A stretch of DNA of 64,000 nucleotides from Gammaproteobacteria bacterium (lineage in GTDB: Bacteria > Pseudomonadota > Gammaproteobacteria > Eutrophobiales > Eutrophobiaceae), in NCBI GenBank assembly GCA_965215365.1, contig CBDCDS010000003.1, positions 1,888,001-1,952,000 on the forward strand, in the 5' to 3' direction. The position numbers and the translations under genes were made by a program. The first letter of the stretch is position 1; each line of letters begins with the position of its first letter. Positions 39,106 through 49,064 of the stretch are shown here, in pieces. The notes below the pieces were generated by a model. It saw nothing but the letters and a program-made list of their open reading frames with translations. It did not search any database and was not told the DNA's origin.

Positions 39106-39601
39106 AGCTGATTTCCTTCGGAGTTCTGATATCGACGATAGAGTAATTCAAATTTCGGTTGACGTCATTGTATGTCTGGATACGTTGCCAGTTTACCATA
39201 TGCTTGAAGTTCCAGCTTGCGATGATATCTACGCCACCCAAACTGGCCAGCGCCACATGCAGGGCATCGTTATAGTGCTTGGGACCAACTGCGCCCGATG
39301 CGATATAGGCTTCTGCGAGTCTGGACGCCTCATCTGATTCCGGCAGCAGTTCAAAATACTGGTCTGGAACAGCATCAGGCATCCCGGATACGTGTGAGGG
39401 GACATCTTCCAGTTCCTTGCGCGTCACTTCGGAGATCACAAGTATGGCTTCGCCCCGACGAAAAGCATCAAACAAGCGACGCGAAGCCTCCCTGAACTCA
39501 TCATCAAAGCACCCGCCAATCACCGATGTATCCACATAAATTCTCGGTTTCGTTACGTAAACCGGCTTGGGCTCTGCGTGACAATCGGAACAATCATACA
39601 A
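39098..39601 (-). CDS. PIN-domain (VapC-like) protein
   Basis: RIYVDTSVIGG, ISEVT.KEL, DALHVALA, SWNFKHMVN; start uncertain. Confidence 0.85.
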   Translation of the reverse strand: MYDCSDCHAEPKPVYVTKPRIYVDTSVIGGCFDDEFREASRRLFDAFRRGEAILVISEVTRKELEDVPSHVSGMPDAVPDQYFELLPESDEASRLAEAYIASGAVGPKHYNDALHVALASLGGVDIIASWNFKHMVNWQRIQTYNDVNRNLNYSIVDIRTPKEISYE

Positions 39602-39977
39602 CCAACTTTCACCATATCGGCAACGAGTGGTAATCAGTTTAGCAATTTGAAAAAAATACGCGCTATGTCGCAGTTCTTTACTCAGGTACCGGGAGTGCTT
39701 CAGCTCCTCTCATCCGCCGCTGTTTCAAGACCCGGGGCGAGTTCTCGAACACCGAGCAGAACATGAAATCTGACGGTACAGTCGACCTGACCAAGTTCGG
39801 CCGCACCGGGTGCTTCGCGGTGGCCCGCACGCGACAGGACATTGCGGACTGCATGTGCAACGGCAGGCGCAGTGGCACCCGCATCCTCGCCGGCCAGACT
39901 ACGGGCAGCCAGGAAGCAAGGCGACGTTGGGGGTGCGCTGACCTCTCCAGCTGATGCTTGTGTCGGGTGAAGGCCTT

Positions 39978-40872
39978 TTTATTTCAAACCTGAGTGATGT
40001 AGAATGTCTCCCCTGAGCTGTTAACCCGCAGATCTCACCAAGTGATGCGGGTTAGCACCATCAATGCTGGCGCGAACGCCGACAGGATGTACTGAGCCGC
40101 CGCTTCACTGAGAGGATTTTGCCATGACTGATGAGGAACTGAAAGCGCTGGTTGCCGGCTTGGCCGCCGCGCAAGACCGTACTGATGCCCAGCAGGCGAA
40201 GACCGAGGCCAAGCTGGCGAAGACCGAGGCCCTGATTGAAAAAAACGCCGCGCAGCAGGCGAAGACCGAGGCCAAGCTGGCGAAGACCGAGGCCCTGATT
40301 GAAAAAAACGCCGCGCAGCAGGCGAAGACCGAGGCCAAGCTGAACCGTCTGGCGGAAATGTACGGCGGCGTCGGCAACAGCCTAGGGGCGGCAGCCGAGG
40401 AGTTCTACCACAACAGCGTCAAGGCCAATCCGGTGCTGGCCGGGGTGCGCTTCGACTTCGTCGACCGGAACATCACCCGCAGCCGCGCCGGCCTTGAGGA
40501 CGAGTTCGACCTGCTGTTAGTGAACGGTCGCGAGGTGTTTGTCGTGGAAGTGAAGTACAAGGCACATGAGAACGACTTGGCGCGCCTGCTGGACCAGAAG
40601 GCGCCCAACTTCCGGCGCTTATTCCCGGAACATGCCGACCGCCGGCAGCGCTTGGCGCTGGCCGCCTTCCACTTCCATGACGAGCTGAAGCAGGCGGCCT
40701 TAGCGCAGGGCGTGACCGTACTGCAACGCAAGGGCGATGTCATCGAAACCCTGAGAGCAGGGACATAAAGGCGATGGCGATGTGGGCTTCGATGCGTCGG
40801 GGGGTCCAGTGGTAGATGGGTCTTATCTTGAGATCGTGCTTACTTACCCGGAAGGTATCTTCGACCTGCCAC
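39978..40872 (+). repeat. Direct repeat copy B
   Basis: Matches 37331-38205. Confidence 0.9.
40124..40768 (+). CDS. Coiled-coil + PD-(D/E)XK nuclease-like protein (DUF3782-like), paralog
   Basis: Same as 37477-38100 except for the repeat block and one L/V change. Confidence 0.75.
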   Translation: MTDEELKALVAGLAAAQDRTDAQQAKTEAKLAKTEALIEKNAAQQAKTEAKLAKTEALIEKNAAQQAKTEAKLNRLAEMYGGVGNSLGAAAEEFYHNSVKANPVLAGVRFDFVDRNITRSRAGLEDEFDLLLVNGREVFVVEVKYKAHENDLARLLDQKAPNFRRLFPEHADRRQRLALAAFHFHDELKQAALAQGVTVLQRKGDVIETLRAGT

Positions 40873-40988
40873 AGGCCGCGGTACTGGCTTAAGATGGCGC
40901 GGGCGGCGATGAGTTGCTCGGCGACATCTTCGGGCGGGAACAGCTCGGGCTGGGTCTCGGCCTGAAGTTTGGCTTTGACCACTTCGGC
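40755..40988 (-). pseudogene. Internally deleted IS1634 transposase fragment
   Basis: AEVVKAKLQAETQPELFPPEDVAEQLIAAR joined directly to AILSQYRGLWQVEDTFR...; a shorter piece also lies at about 38087-38205. Confidence 0.85.
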
Positions 40989-41168
40989 CGATTTGTACCT
41001 TTCGATTCCGATCTTGGTAGAGAAATTGATGCCAAATATCAGCAAGTTTTGCTGAAAGAAATTGAGCGACCAAAACACCTACCGGGTAGAATCGTCAAGA
41101 TGATGCAAGAAGAAGGACATACCAGCTTCACAATGTATAGGCATACCCAATTTTCGGAGGATTAGAAT
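40989..41168 (+). pseudogene. Gene fragment, possibly a DUF3644-type C-terminal region
   Basis: FVPFDSDLGREI...VLLKEIERPKHLPGRIVKMMQEEGH; no start; family from memory only. Confidence 0.35.
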
Positions 41169-41169
41169 A

Positions 41170-41391
41170 ATGGCTAGAGATACCTACAAATATCACTTCA
41201 AAACGGGAAATAAAATCGTTCATACAGGAATAACCAACGATCTTGGCAGGAGAGAGCAAGAGCACAAACAAACCTACGGTGATAGCGGCCATATAAGACA
41301 GGTGGGCCGCCGTACAACTCGTGACGCGGCCTTGAAATGGGAAGGAGAGCAAACAGAAAGGGGCAATCCAACTAGGAGAAGGAGAGGTTGA
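41170..41391 (+). CDS. Minimal GIY-YIG-like protein, 73 aa
   Basis: YKYHFK.GNKIVHTGITNDLGRREQEH...ALKWE; GGAGG upstream. Confidence 0.65.
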   Translation: MARDTYKYHFKTGNKIVHTGITNDLGRREQEHKQTYGDSGHIRQVGRRTTRDAALKWEGEQTERGNPTRRRRG

Positions 41392-41590
41392 TTATGGCAT
41401 GTGATATGACAAGTATTTCTCTTTACCTGCTCAAAGCAATTCCCCCCTTACCCGGCACGACTGCCCTTCAAACAGGGCGATGAGTTTGTCCTCCTGGTTG
41501 GTGACCTGTACTTGGTAATGACCGTAGACGCAGCACGACGCCATGGGTATCCCTATTGCATAGTTGCAATTTTGTATCTACAATAACGTC

Positions 41591-41899
41591 ATGCGTTTTG
41601 AATGGAATCACAAAAAGAATCGAATAAACAGAGCCAAGCATAATGTCTCTTTTGAGACTGCTTGCCTAGTTTTTGACGATCCTCACCATTTGAGTGTACA
41701 GGAGCGTCAGAACAATGATGAGGAGCGTTGGCAAACATCAGGCATGGCAGGCGGTGCGGTGGTATTGCCTGTTGCCCATACGGTAATCGAAGGGCAACGC
41801 GGGGAAACTATTCGGATCATTTCTGCCAGAAAGGCGACTAAAAAAGAAAGGTACATTTATGAGCAGGCTTTCCAAAAAGCAAAAAACAGAAATCGATAA
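41591..41899 (+). CDS. brnT: BrnT-family toxin
   Basis: MRFEWN.KKNRIN.AKH.VSFE...EERW...IRIISARKAT.KER. Confidence 0.92.
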   Translation: MRFEWNHKKNRINRAKHNVSFETACLVFDDPHHLSVQERQNNDEERWQTSGMAGGAVVLPVAHTVIEGQRGETIRIISARKATKKERYIYEQAFQKAKNRNR

Positions 41900-42140
41900 A
41901 CTGATGTCCATGTCTGAGGCTGAGATAGATACTTCAGATATACCGGAGACGATGCATTGGGAAGGGGCTGTTGTGGGCAAATTCTACCGGCCGGTAAAAA
42001 AGCAGGTATCCTTACGCCTTGATGCTGATCTGCTGGAATGGTTTAAGGTTCAAGGTGGTAAATATCAGACCCATATCAATCAGGTTTTGCGTGGTTATAT
42101 GGAGGCCAATCAAATGAAAAACAAACATGCTCAATCTTGA
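41859..42140 (+). CDS. brnA: BrnA-family antitoxin
   Basis: IDTSDIPE, RPVKKQVSLRLDADLLEWFK..G.KYQT.IN.VLR. Confidence 0.92.
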   Translation: MSRLSKKQKTEIDKLMSMSEAEIDTSDIPETMHWEGAVVGKFYRPVKKQVSLRLDADLLEWFKVQGGKYQTHINQVLRGYMEANQMKNKHAQS

Positions 42141-43434
42141 ACCTTGCTGGTTGCCATACACGGCCAATCGCGCCTTTAAGAGTGCGCCGCGCATCATCGA
42201 TTCGGCGGCGGGTTGTTATTACCGTACCCATGATGGCCGCACCGTGCTGGACTCCTGTTCCGGGTTGTGGACCAGCGGCCTAGGGCATTGCCATCCGCGG
42301 CTCGTCAGGGCGGTGCAGGAGCAGGTGGCCCGGCTGGATTATGCCGCCGCGTTTCAGGTGTCTCATAGCGGGGCGTTTGAACTGGCGCAGAAGGTCACCG
42401 AATTTGCCCCGGACGGCTTTGACCACGTGTTCTTTACCAATTCCGGGTCGGAGGCCGTCGACACCGCCCTGAAGATTGCGCTGGGCTGGCACCGGGTGCG
42501 CGGAGATGCCACCCGCACCCGACTGATCGGCCGCGAGCGGGGCTACCACGGGGTTAATTTCGGCGGCATGTCGGTGGGCGGTATTCCGGGCAATCGCAAG
42601 ATGTTTGGTAGCGCCATGCTGCCGTATGTGGATCACCTGCCACATACCCACAACTTAGAGCATAATGCCTTCAGTACCGGTCAACCGCAGTGGGGCGCGC
42701 ACCTGGCTGAGGAACTGGAGCGTATCGCAGCCCTGCATGACCCCGGCAATATCGCCGCGGTCATTGTCGAACCGGTTGCCGGTTCCGCCGGCGTGCTGGT
42801 GCCGCCGTCAGGCTACCTGGAGCGGCTGCGGGAGATTTGTACGCGGCACGGCATTCTGCTCATCTTCGATGAAGTGATCACCGCGTTTTACCGCGTCGGC
42901 GCGCCGTTCGGTTGTGTGCGCTTCGACGTCATGCCGGATATCATTACCACGGCCAAGGGTATCACCAACGGGGTCATTCCGATGGGCGCGGTGCTGGTGG
43001 GGCGCGATATTTACGACGGCTTCATGCAGGGACCGGATTACGCCATCGAATTTTTCCATGGCTACACCTATTCCGGCCACCCGGTGGCCTGTGCCGCCGG
43101 TCTGGCGGCGCTGGACGTTTATGCCGAGGAAGACATCGGCGCCCAGGCAGCCCGGCTGGAGCCGTTATTTGCACAGGCCATTCATGCCTTGCGCGAGGCG
43201 CCGCATGTTATCGACATTCGCAACTTCGGCCTGATGGGCGCGATTGAGCTGTCCCCGCGCCCCGGCGCTCCGGGCGTGCGCGGTATGGAGGCGCATGTGC
43301 GCTGTTTTGAACAGGGGCTGATGATACGGCACAGCATGGACACCCTTGCGTTCGCGCCCTTTTTGACGTTCACGCAAGAGCAGCTGGAGCAGACTTTTGA
43401 TACGGTGCGCAGAGTCCTCAACACGGTTGCTTAA
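42127..43434 (+). CDS. Class III aminotransferase (omega-amino acid/beta-alanine:pyruvate type)
   Basis: W.PYTANR.FK, NSGSEAVDTALK, YHG, LIFDEVIT, TAKGITNG, HGYTYSGHP. Confidence 0.92.
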   Translation: MLNLEPCWLPYTANRAFKSAPRIIDSAAGCYYRTHDGRTVLDSCSGLWTSGLGHCHPRLVRAVQEQVARLDYAAAFQVSHSGAFELAQKVTEFAPDGFDHVFFTNSGSEAVDTALKIALGWHRVRGDATRTRLIGRERGYHGVNFGGMSVGGIPGNRKMFGSAMLPYVDHLPHTHNLEHNAFSTGQPQWGAHLAEELERIAALHDPGNIAAVIVEPVAGSAGVLVPPSGYLERLREICTRHGILLIFDEVITAFYRVGAPFGCVRFDVMPDIITTAKGITNGVIPMGAVLVGRDIYDGFMQGPDYAIEFFHGYTYSGHPVACAAGLAALDVYAEEDIGAQAARLEPLFAQAIHALREAPHVIDIRNFGLMGAIELSPRPGAPGVRGMEAHVRCFEQGLMIRHSMDTLAFAPFLTFTQEQLEQTFDTVRRVLNTVA

Positions 43435-43443
43435 CCCGCATAG

Positions 43444-45171
43444 TTAATATCCGAAATAATTGATCCAGGGTTGCAGCGCTGGCAGGACCGGCTGCATTGC
43501 GGTCTGGTAGCGACGCCAGCGGCCCTGCGCTGCGCGGTATATTGGCCGGGTCACCTGGTCGTAGCTGGCGGTGCCGATCAGGGGTCGTTCTCGGGCGCTG
43601 CGTTCGTGTGCCAGGATATCCGGGTGCCAGGGCATGTCGAGGAACTTCAGTATGCGCCGACAGGTTGGTTCCGTATCTGCGATCAGGTCTTCGTACTTTA
43701 CCTGTAGCACCTTCAGTGGCAGCAGGTCGGTGTATTGCCGCCACAGGTCGAACACCCGGTGGTACAGGTGGGCGCTGTCTTCCAGAGTGAAGAAGCTGGC
43801 ATTGGCTGAGGTTTCATAAAAGGTTTGCAGGAAGCAGCTCAGCACACAGTCCGCCGGGTGGCGCAGCAGGAGTATGAATCTGGCTTGTGGAAATACCCGG
43901 TAAATCTCCCCGGCATACACGGTATTGAGGGCAAACCGATCGATCGGCAGAAGGCCTTCCGTGGCTGGCAGATGGCGCGCCAGTGCCTTGAAATAAGCGA
44001 AGCGCAGCATCTCAATTTCCTGGCCTGATAACTCGCCCATGCTGTCGAGACGCGCATCCGTCGGTCCCGCAAGCCGGTTGACCATAGTCGCCACGGCGTC
44101 GGTTTCCTCCACCACCCGCAGGGCCGGATGCCCGCGCAGCAAGGCGTCGAGCAAGGTGCTGCCGGAGCGGGGGAAGCCGATGATAAAAACCGGTCCTGCG
44201 CGTTCGCCGGCAGCGGCAAATTGAGACCATCGCTCCAGATTGGCGGCGGTAAAATAACGCCGCCGGTTCTCCACGCAGTGCAGAAAGCGCGACTTGTCTA
44301 TACCCTTCCCGGCGCTCAGCTGACGCGACAGGTCGTTGGCGTTACGGGCATATTTCAGGGTCGCGTCGGGGTCGCCCAGCCGCTCGCAGAGCCGCGCCAG
44401 GCGCGCCAGGCGCATTCTTTCGCCGTGTTGTTGTAACGTAGCCGCCGGGGCTATGGAAAACGCCTCCAGTAACGCTCTGGCGTGTTCGTGCTCACCGTCG
44501 ATAGCGGCCAGGATGCCTTCAAACAGTCTCACTATCTCATGCTCACCCAGGGCTTGGCGCGCCCGCGCGACGGCTCGCCGCAGCGGTTCATGCCGGTTGG
44601 CCTGTTCGAGAAAACCCAGCAGGCCCAGCTGCGCGGGCAGATAATTTGCATCAATGGCTATGGCTTTTTCAAAGCAGTCCTCGACCTGCTCAGGCAGGCG
44701 CAGCTCCCACAGTACCTTGGCCAGAGCACACAGCGCCTGGTGATACACCGGGTTGATGCGTGTGGCTTGCCGGTAGCAGTCGGCGGCCTGCGCCGGACGG
44801 TTGTGGTTTTCATGGACGAGGCCCAGGTTGAACCAGGCCTGAGCAAGTTGTGAATCATGTCTGAGCGCGTGGTGGAAGCTGGTGGCGGCATCTTCCAGCC
44901 GTCCCAGCCGCAGGTAGGCAATACCTAGGCTGTTATGCGCCTTGGCCAGGTCCGGGCGCAGCTCCAGCGCCGCCTGGTAGCTGCGCACCGCCTCCTCATA
45001 GTCATGCAGCGCCAGCGCCGCGGCGCCGGCCAGACTGTGTAATACAGCCTCACCGGGCCAGGTCTCCAGCAAGTCCTGCGTCCGTTCCAGCAACGCCTGA
45101 TATTCGCCGCCGCGGTACTGGTCGAACAGCGATTTGATTGTTGCCGGGTCGGGGTTATTCATAACATCCAA
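43444..45171 (-). CDS. TPR-repeat sulfotransferase
   Basis: N-terminal TPRs; FIIGFPRSGSTLL PAPS loop; RHPADCVLS; TASYDQV. Confidence 0.9.
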   Translation of the reverse strand: MDVMNNPDPATIKSLFDQYRGGEYQALLERTQDLLETWPGEAVLHSLAGAAALALHDYEEAVRSYQAALELRPDLAKAHNSLGIAYLRLGRLEDAATSFHHALRHDSQLAQAWFNLGLVHENHNRPAQAADCYRQATRINPVYHQALCALAKVLWELRLPEQVEDCFEKAIAIDANYLPAQLGLLGFLEQANRHEPLRRAVARARQALGEHEIVRLFEGILAAIDGEHEHARALLEAFSIAPAATLQQHGERMRLARLARLCERLGDPDATLKYARNANDLSRQLSAGKGIDKSRFLHCVENRRRYFTAANLERWSQFAAAGERAGPVFIIGFPRSGSTLLDALLRGHPALRVVEETDAVATMVNRLAGPTDARLDSMGELSGQEIEMLRFAYFKALARHLPATEGLLPIDRFALNTVYAGEIYRVFPQARFILLLRHPADCVLSCFLQTFYETSANASFFTLEDSAHLYHRVFDLWRQYTDLLPLKVLQVKYEDLIADTEPTCRRILKFLDMPWHPDILAHERSARERPLIGTASYDQVTRPIYRAAQGRWRRYQTAMQPVLPALQPWINYFGY

Positions 45172-45204
45172 TTATCAGGGGCAGAGTAAACTCTGACGAA
45201 ATTC

Positions 45205-47235
45205 TTACTCTGACTCCGTGGCGCTGGACAGTTCCGCGCCCAGCGCCGCGCGCAAGGGACCCAACCAGGGCTCGAAGTGGCGCCATTGTTCCAGGCCGCT
45301 GCGATAGATGGGTTGGCGCACCTGTTCCGAGCTCGGGGTGCGCACGTTGCGTTGCGTCTCGTGGAAGTTGAGACAGGCCTGCTCGAACGGCAGCTCACAG
45401 AAATCCAGCAGCCGTCGCACCTGGGTTTCCAGATCATTCACTACATCCTCATGTTGCACGCGCAGCACAAAGCCGGGCAACACCTGCTGCCAGTGCTGCA
45501 TAAGCCGCACGTAGGCACGGTAGTAACGTCCTGCCTCAGGCAAACCATAGCTGAATTCCTGCCCTTCGCCGAACAACTGCTTAAAACAACTGAAACAGCA
45601 GGCCATGGGGTCACGGCGGGCGTCGATCACCCTGGCATTGGGCAGGATCAGCCGGATCAGGCCGATATGCAGGAAGTTATTCGGCATCTTGTCAATGAAG
45701 CGCGGCGCGTTGCCACGATAGACCCGGGTCTGCTCAATGAACTGTTCCCCGAAACGGCGGAAATAATCCGCGTCCAGTTGCTGCAGAATGGCGGGATACC
45801 GGGAGTGCCGCTCCTCTTCCCGGCCGCGCAGTTTTTGCGCCAGGGCTAGGATGTTATGCAGTTCCATAGTGCCGTCCACGCTGCTGTGGGAAGCCAGGAT
45901 CTGCTCCAGCAAAGTGGAGCCGGCGCGCGGCAGGCCGACGATGAAGATCGGGTCGCGGCAATCCAGCCCGACGCCTTGACGGTTGCTGAATAACTCCTCG
46001 GTGCAGGTGTCAATCTGAGCCTGTACCCGCGCTTCCAGCCGTTCCACCCGGTAGCCGGTCTGGCGCAGCTTGAGGGCGTTGCCCTGTGCATAACAGCCGA
46101 AGGCTTGCGCATACTCCTTGCGATCCTCCAGCGCCTTGCCACCGGCAAAGTACAGCGCGATACGGTCAGTGAGCGCAACGCCGGGAGCCTCTGCGTAATG
46201 CCTGATGCGTTCGAGCTCCGCGTCGGGAAACTGATAGGTCTTGATATTGGCCAGGCTCCAGTAGGCGTCGCCGTAATCCGCTCGACACCGGTAGGCTTCC
46301 CGATAGGATTGAACCGCTGCGTCCGTCAGCCCCATGGTCTTGCTGGCGTGGCCGATCTGCAGGTGCAAGTCGGCGCGCTGGGGGCGCTCCGCCAGCGCCT
46401 CGTTGAACAGGGCGATGCCTTCAGCAAACCGGCCCAGCCCTACCAGCGTGCTTGCCAAGACACTCTTAAAGTCCGGGTTGTCGGGTTGTTGCGCCAGCAA
46501 CAGTTGCGCCTGTTGGCGCGCTGCTTCAAAGCGGGTCTTCCGGATCAGGATATTGACATAGTCAATACGCGCCGGCAGATGGTCCGGGGCGAACTCCACG
46601 CAGCTTTCCAGCAGGAACTCGGCATCATCGTAAATGCCCATGCGCACCCCGATTTCCGCCAGCAGGCGCATGGCTTCGATATGGTGTTTGTGTTGTTGCA
46701 GGTAATCCCGGCACAACACTTCGGCCTTATAGAGTTTGCGCTCATGGAGCAGGTCAAGCACATCCACCAGCGTCGCCGGCAACCGTTCCAGGTAATCCAA
46801 CTGTTGCTGCGCCTGTCGCGCCGACTGCATCTGGCCCAGGCGTTGTTCCAGGTTGATCAGCACCTTCAGGCTGGATTTCAGGGCCGGGTTCAGTGCAACC
46901 GCCCTGCTGTATGCCGGCGCGGCATCTTCACTGCGGTTCAGGGACAAAAAGATGTGGCCGCGTTCCTGGTAGGCGCGGGCGTATTCGGGATTTTCCGCAA
47001 GCAAGGTGTCCAGCGTTGCCAGCGCCTGCTCGTGCCGATTATCATAACGCTGCGCCACGGCCAGCAGGTATAAAGCCTGCACCCGGTCGTCGGCATCCGG
47101 CCCGGTTGCCAGCAAGTCCTGCATCAGTGAGGTTGCTTCACCAAACCGGGCAGTTTCAAGCAGTTGTTTGGCGCGCGCGAGAGATTCAGGTACGGCAATC
47201 TGTCCGGTTTTATCATGTTGGATTTTGGAGGGCAT
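45205..47235 (-). CDS. TPR-repeat sulfotransferase
   Basis: TPRs; FIVGLPRAGSTLLEQILASH; DKMPNNF; RTPSSEQVRQPI. Confidence 0.92.
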   Translation of the reverse strand: MPSKIQHDKTGQIAVPESLARAKQLLETARFGEATSLMQDLLATGPDADDRVQALYLLAVAQRYDNRHEQALATLDTLLAENPEYARAYQERGHIFLSLNRSEDAAPAYSRAVALNPALKSSLKVLINLEQRLGQMQSARQAQQQLDYLERLPATLVDVLDLLHERKLYKAEVLCRDYLQQHKHHIEAMRLLAEIGVRMGIYDDAEFLLESCVEFAPDHLPARIDYVNILIRKTRFEAARQQAQLLLAQQPDNPDFKSVLASTLVGLGRFAEGIALFNEALAERPQRADLHLQIGHASKTMGLTDAAVQSYREAYRCRADYGDAYWSLANIKTYQFPDAELERIRHYAEAPGVALTDRIALYFAGGKALEDRKEYAQAFGCYAQGNALKLRQTGYRVERLEARVQAQIDTCTEELFSNRQGVGLDCRDPIFIVGLPRAGSTLLEQILASHSSVDGTMELHNILALAQKLRGREEERHSRYPAILQQLDADYFRRFGEQFIEQTRVYRGNAPRFIDKMPNNFLHIGLIRLILPNARVIDARRDPMACCFSCFKQLFGEGQEFSYGLPEAGRYYRAYVRLMQHWQQVLPGFVLRVQHEDVVNDLETQVRRLLDFCELPFEQACLNFHETQRNVRTPSSEQVRQPIYRSGLEQWRHFEPWLGPLRAALGAELSSATESE

Positions 47236-47306
47236 GATGAAGCAGGCAGAACCAAGACCAGCGAGGGCGCATCAAGCGCAGTCTTCTATATGTTAGCAAC
47301 TTTTTG

Positions 47307-48441
47307 TGTCCGGGTTCAGAAACAAGTGAGACTCTTTAGATAAAGAAATCGGGTAGTTAAGTGTGTAAAGTGATTTCGATTAACTTACACAGGAGGACTA
47401 CCCGATGCAGATCAAAAGGTAAGCGGGTGAAATCATATCGCAGTTGGCGCGTCGATGATACTACCGATGCTGACGCGCGCGGTCGTTTGAAGCAGTTGGA
47501 ATTGGTTGCGACGTTACGCGAGGATGGGTGTGGTGAGGCGACGGCACTGGCAGCAGTAGGTTGGTCGAGGGCGACCTACTACCGTTGGTTGAAGCGGTAT
47601 CGTGAACATGGGCTGAAGGGTCTGGGGTGTGGCTCTCGTGCGCCGCGGCGGCGGCGTGTGCCGCAATGGACGCGCCAGCACGAGCAGCAGGTCTTGCACC
47701 TTCGCCAACGTTATCCGTTATGGGGTAAGCGTAAGCTCTGGCGGGTGGGGGTGCGCGAGCAGGGCTGGACTTTGAGCGAGAGTACGGTCGGGCGCATCGT
47801 GGCGAAGCTGGTGCGGCTAGGTCGGGTCAAGCCGGTGGCGTTTTACTATGGCCGGGTGAAGCCTAAGCGCCGCCGGGCGTTTACCCATCATGCCAAGCGC
47901 TGGCGCTACGGGATGAAGGCTAAGGCGCCAGGGGAGTTGATGCAGATAGACCACATGAGTGTCGGCTTCACGGACGGCGTCACGGTGAAGGAGTTCAAGG
48001 CCGTCTGTCCGGTGAGCAAATGGAGTGCGCTGCGAGCCTACAGTCGGGCCACCAGTGGCAATGCCCGGCGCTTCTTAAAAGCGCTGCTCGGTGAGGCGCC
48101 GTTTCCCATCCGTTCTATCCAGGTCGATGGCGGCTCGGAGTTCTTAAGATGAGTTCGAGCAGGCTTGCCAGGACTTAGGAATCCCCCTGTACGTGCTGCC
48201 CCCGAAAAAACCCGAATACAACGGCTGTGTAGAACGCGCCAATGCCACCAGCCGCTATGAGTTCTATCCGTTCTACGAGGGTCCACTGACCGTGGCCGCC
48301 ATCAACCGCAAACTGGCAGAGTATCAGCAATACTACAATACCTACCGCCCGCATGACGGTATTGGTTTATTAACCCCAATGGAGTATTATCAACAACTCA
48401 CACAGCCTGCCTCTGAGTCTCATATGTATTGAACCTGGACA
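47307..48441 (+). mobile_element. IS481-family element, decayed
   Basis: Imperfect IRs TGTCCGGGTTCAGAAACAAGTGAGACTC / GAGTCTCATATGTATTGAACCTGGACA (TGT...ACA ends); no target duplication seen. Confidence 0.82.
47405..48432 (+). pseudogene. IS481/integrase-core transposase with frameshifts
   Basis: HTH (RATYYRW), QIDH, QVDGGSEF then frameshift near 48148 to ..NGCVER..YNTYRPH; the AGGAGG-preceded ATG 47405 is also out of frame. Confidence 0.82.
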
Positions 48442-48446
48442 ATGCA

Positions 48447-48474
48447 TTGACATCAGAGTTCTCTATGCTATACT
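48447..48474 (+). promoter_or_regulatory. Sigma70-type promoter (extended -10)
   Basis: TTGACA-16 nt-TATACT with upstream TG; ATG 6 nt downstream. Confidence 0.6.
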
Positions 48475-48480
48475 AGTGCC

Positions 48481-48975
48481 ATGGAACCTCACGTTCAAAT
48501 TCTGACTGCAATCATTGGCGTCGGTGTCGCCTTGGCCGGGCTGATCCTGAGATTAGCCACGCGTATCGACGGGCGTGTCGACGGGCTGAGCGAAAAGATT
48601 GACAAATCAGTTGCCGCGCTGATCGATAAGATTGACAAGACACGTGCCGAGCTGAACGAAAGGATTGACAAGACTAATGAAAAAATTGACAAGACACGTG
48701 CCGCGCTGAGCGAAAAAATTGACAAGACACGTGCCGAGCTGATCGAGAGGATTGACAAGTCAGTTGCCGCGCTGAGCGAAAAAATTGACAAGACCAATGA
48801 GAGGGTTGACAAGACCAATGGCCGGCTGGGGCGGGTCGAACAAGGTCTGGCGGCGCTCAAGGCCACGGTGGAGACTTTCTTCCGGGTGCGCGTCGACCCG
48901 TTGGTTCCCCCGCCGGATTCTTCCACGGATTCCTCGCCCCCGGTTGAGCAGTGCCGGACCGGCACGGATGGCTGA
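48481..48975 (+). CDS. Membrane-anchored coiled-coil repeat protein, copy 1
   Basis: N-terminal TM helix; 11-aa (IDKTRAELNEK) and 7-aa (IDKTNEK) repeats; Pro-rich tail. Confidence 0.75.
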   Translation: MEPHVQILTAIIGVGVALAGLILRLATRIDGRVDGLSEKIDKSVAALIDKIDKTRAELNERIDKTNEKIDKTRAALSEKIDKTRAELIERIDKSVAALSEKIDKTNERVDKTNGRLGRVEQGLAALKATVETFFRVRVDPLVPPPDSSTDSSPPVEQCRTGTDG

Positions 48976-49064
48976 AACAGCAGACAACGCTTGCTTTGTA
49001 TATCACTGAAAAAAGTGAAGAGAAAAACCAAAAACCGCAGAGTTCTCTGTGCTATACTGGTGCC

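Noticed and set aside
39678-39954. Short ORFs between the PIN gene and repeat B
   Set aside because: No recognisable motif; probably a gene fragment, cannot be supported.
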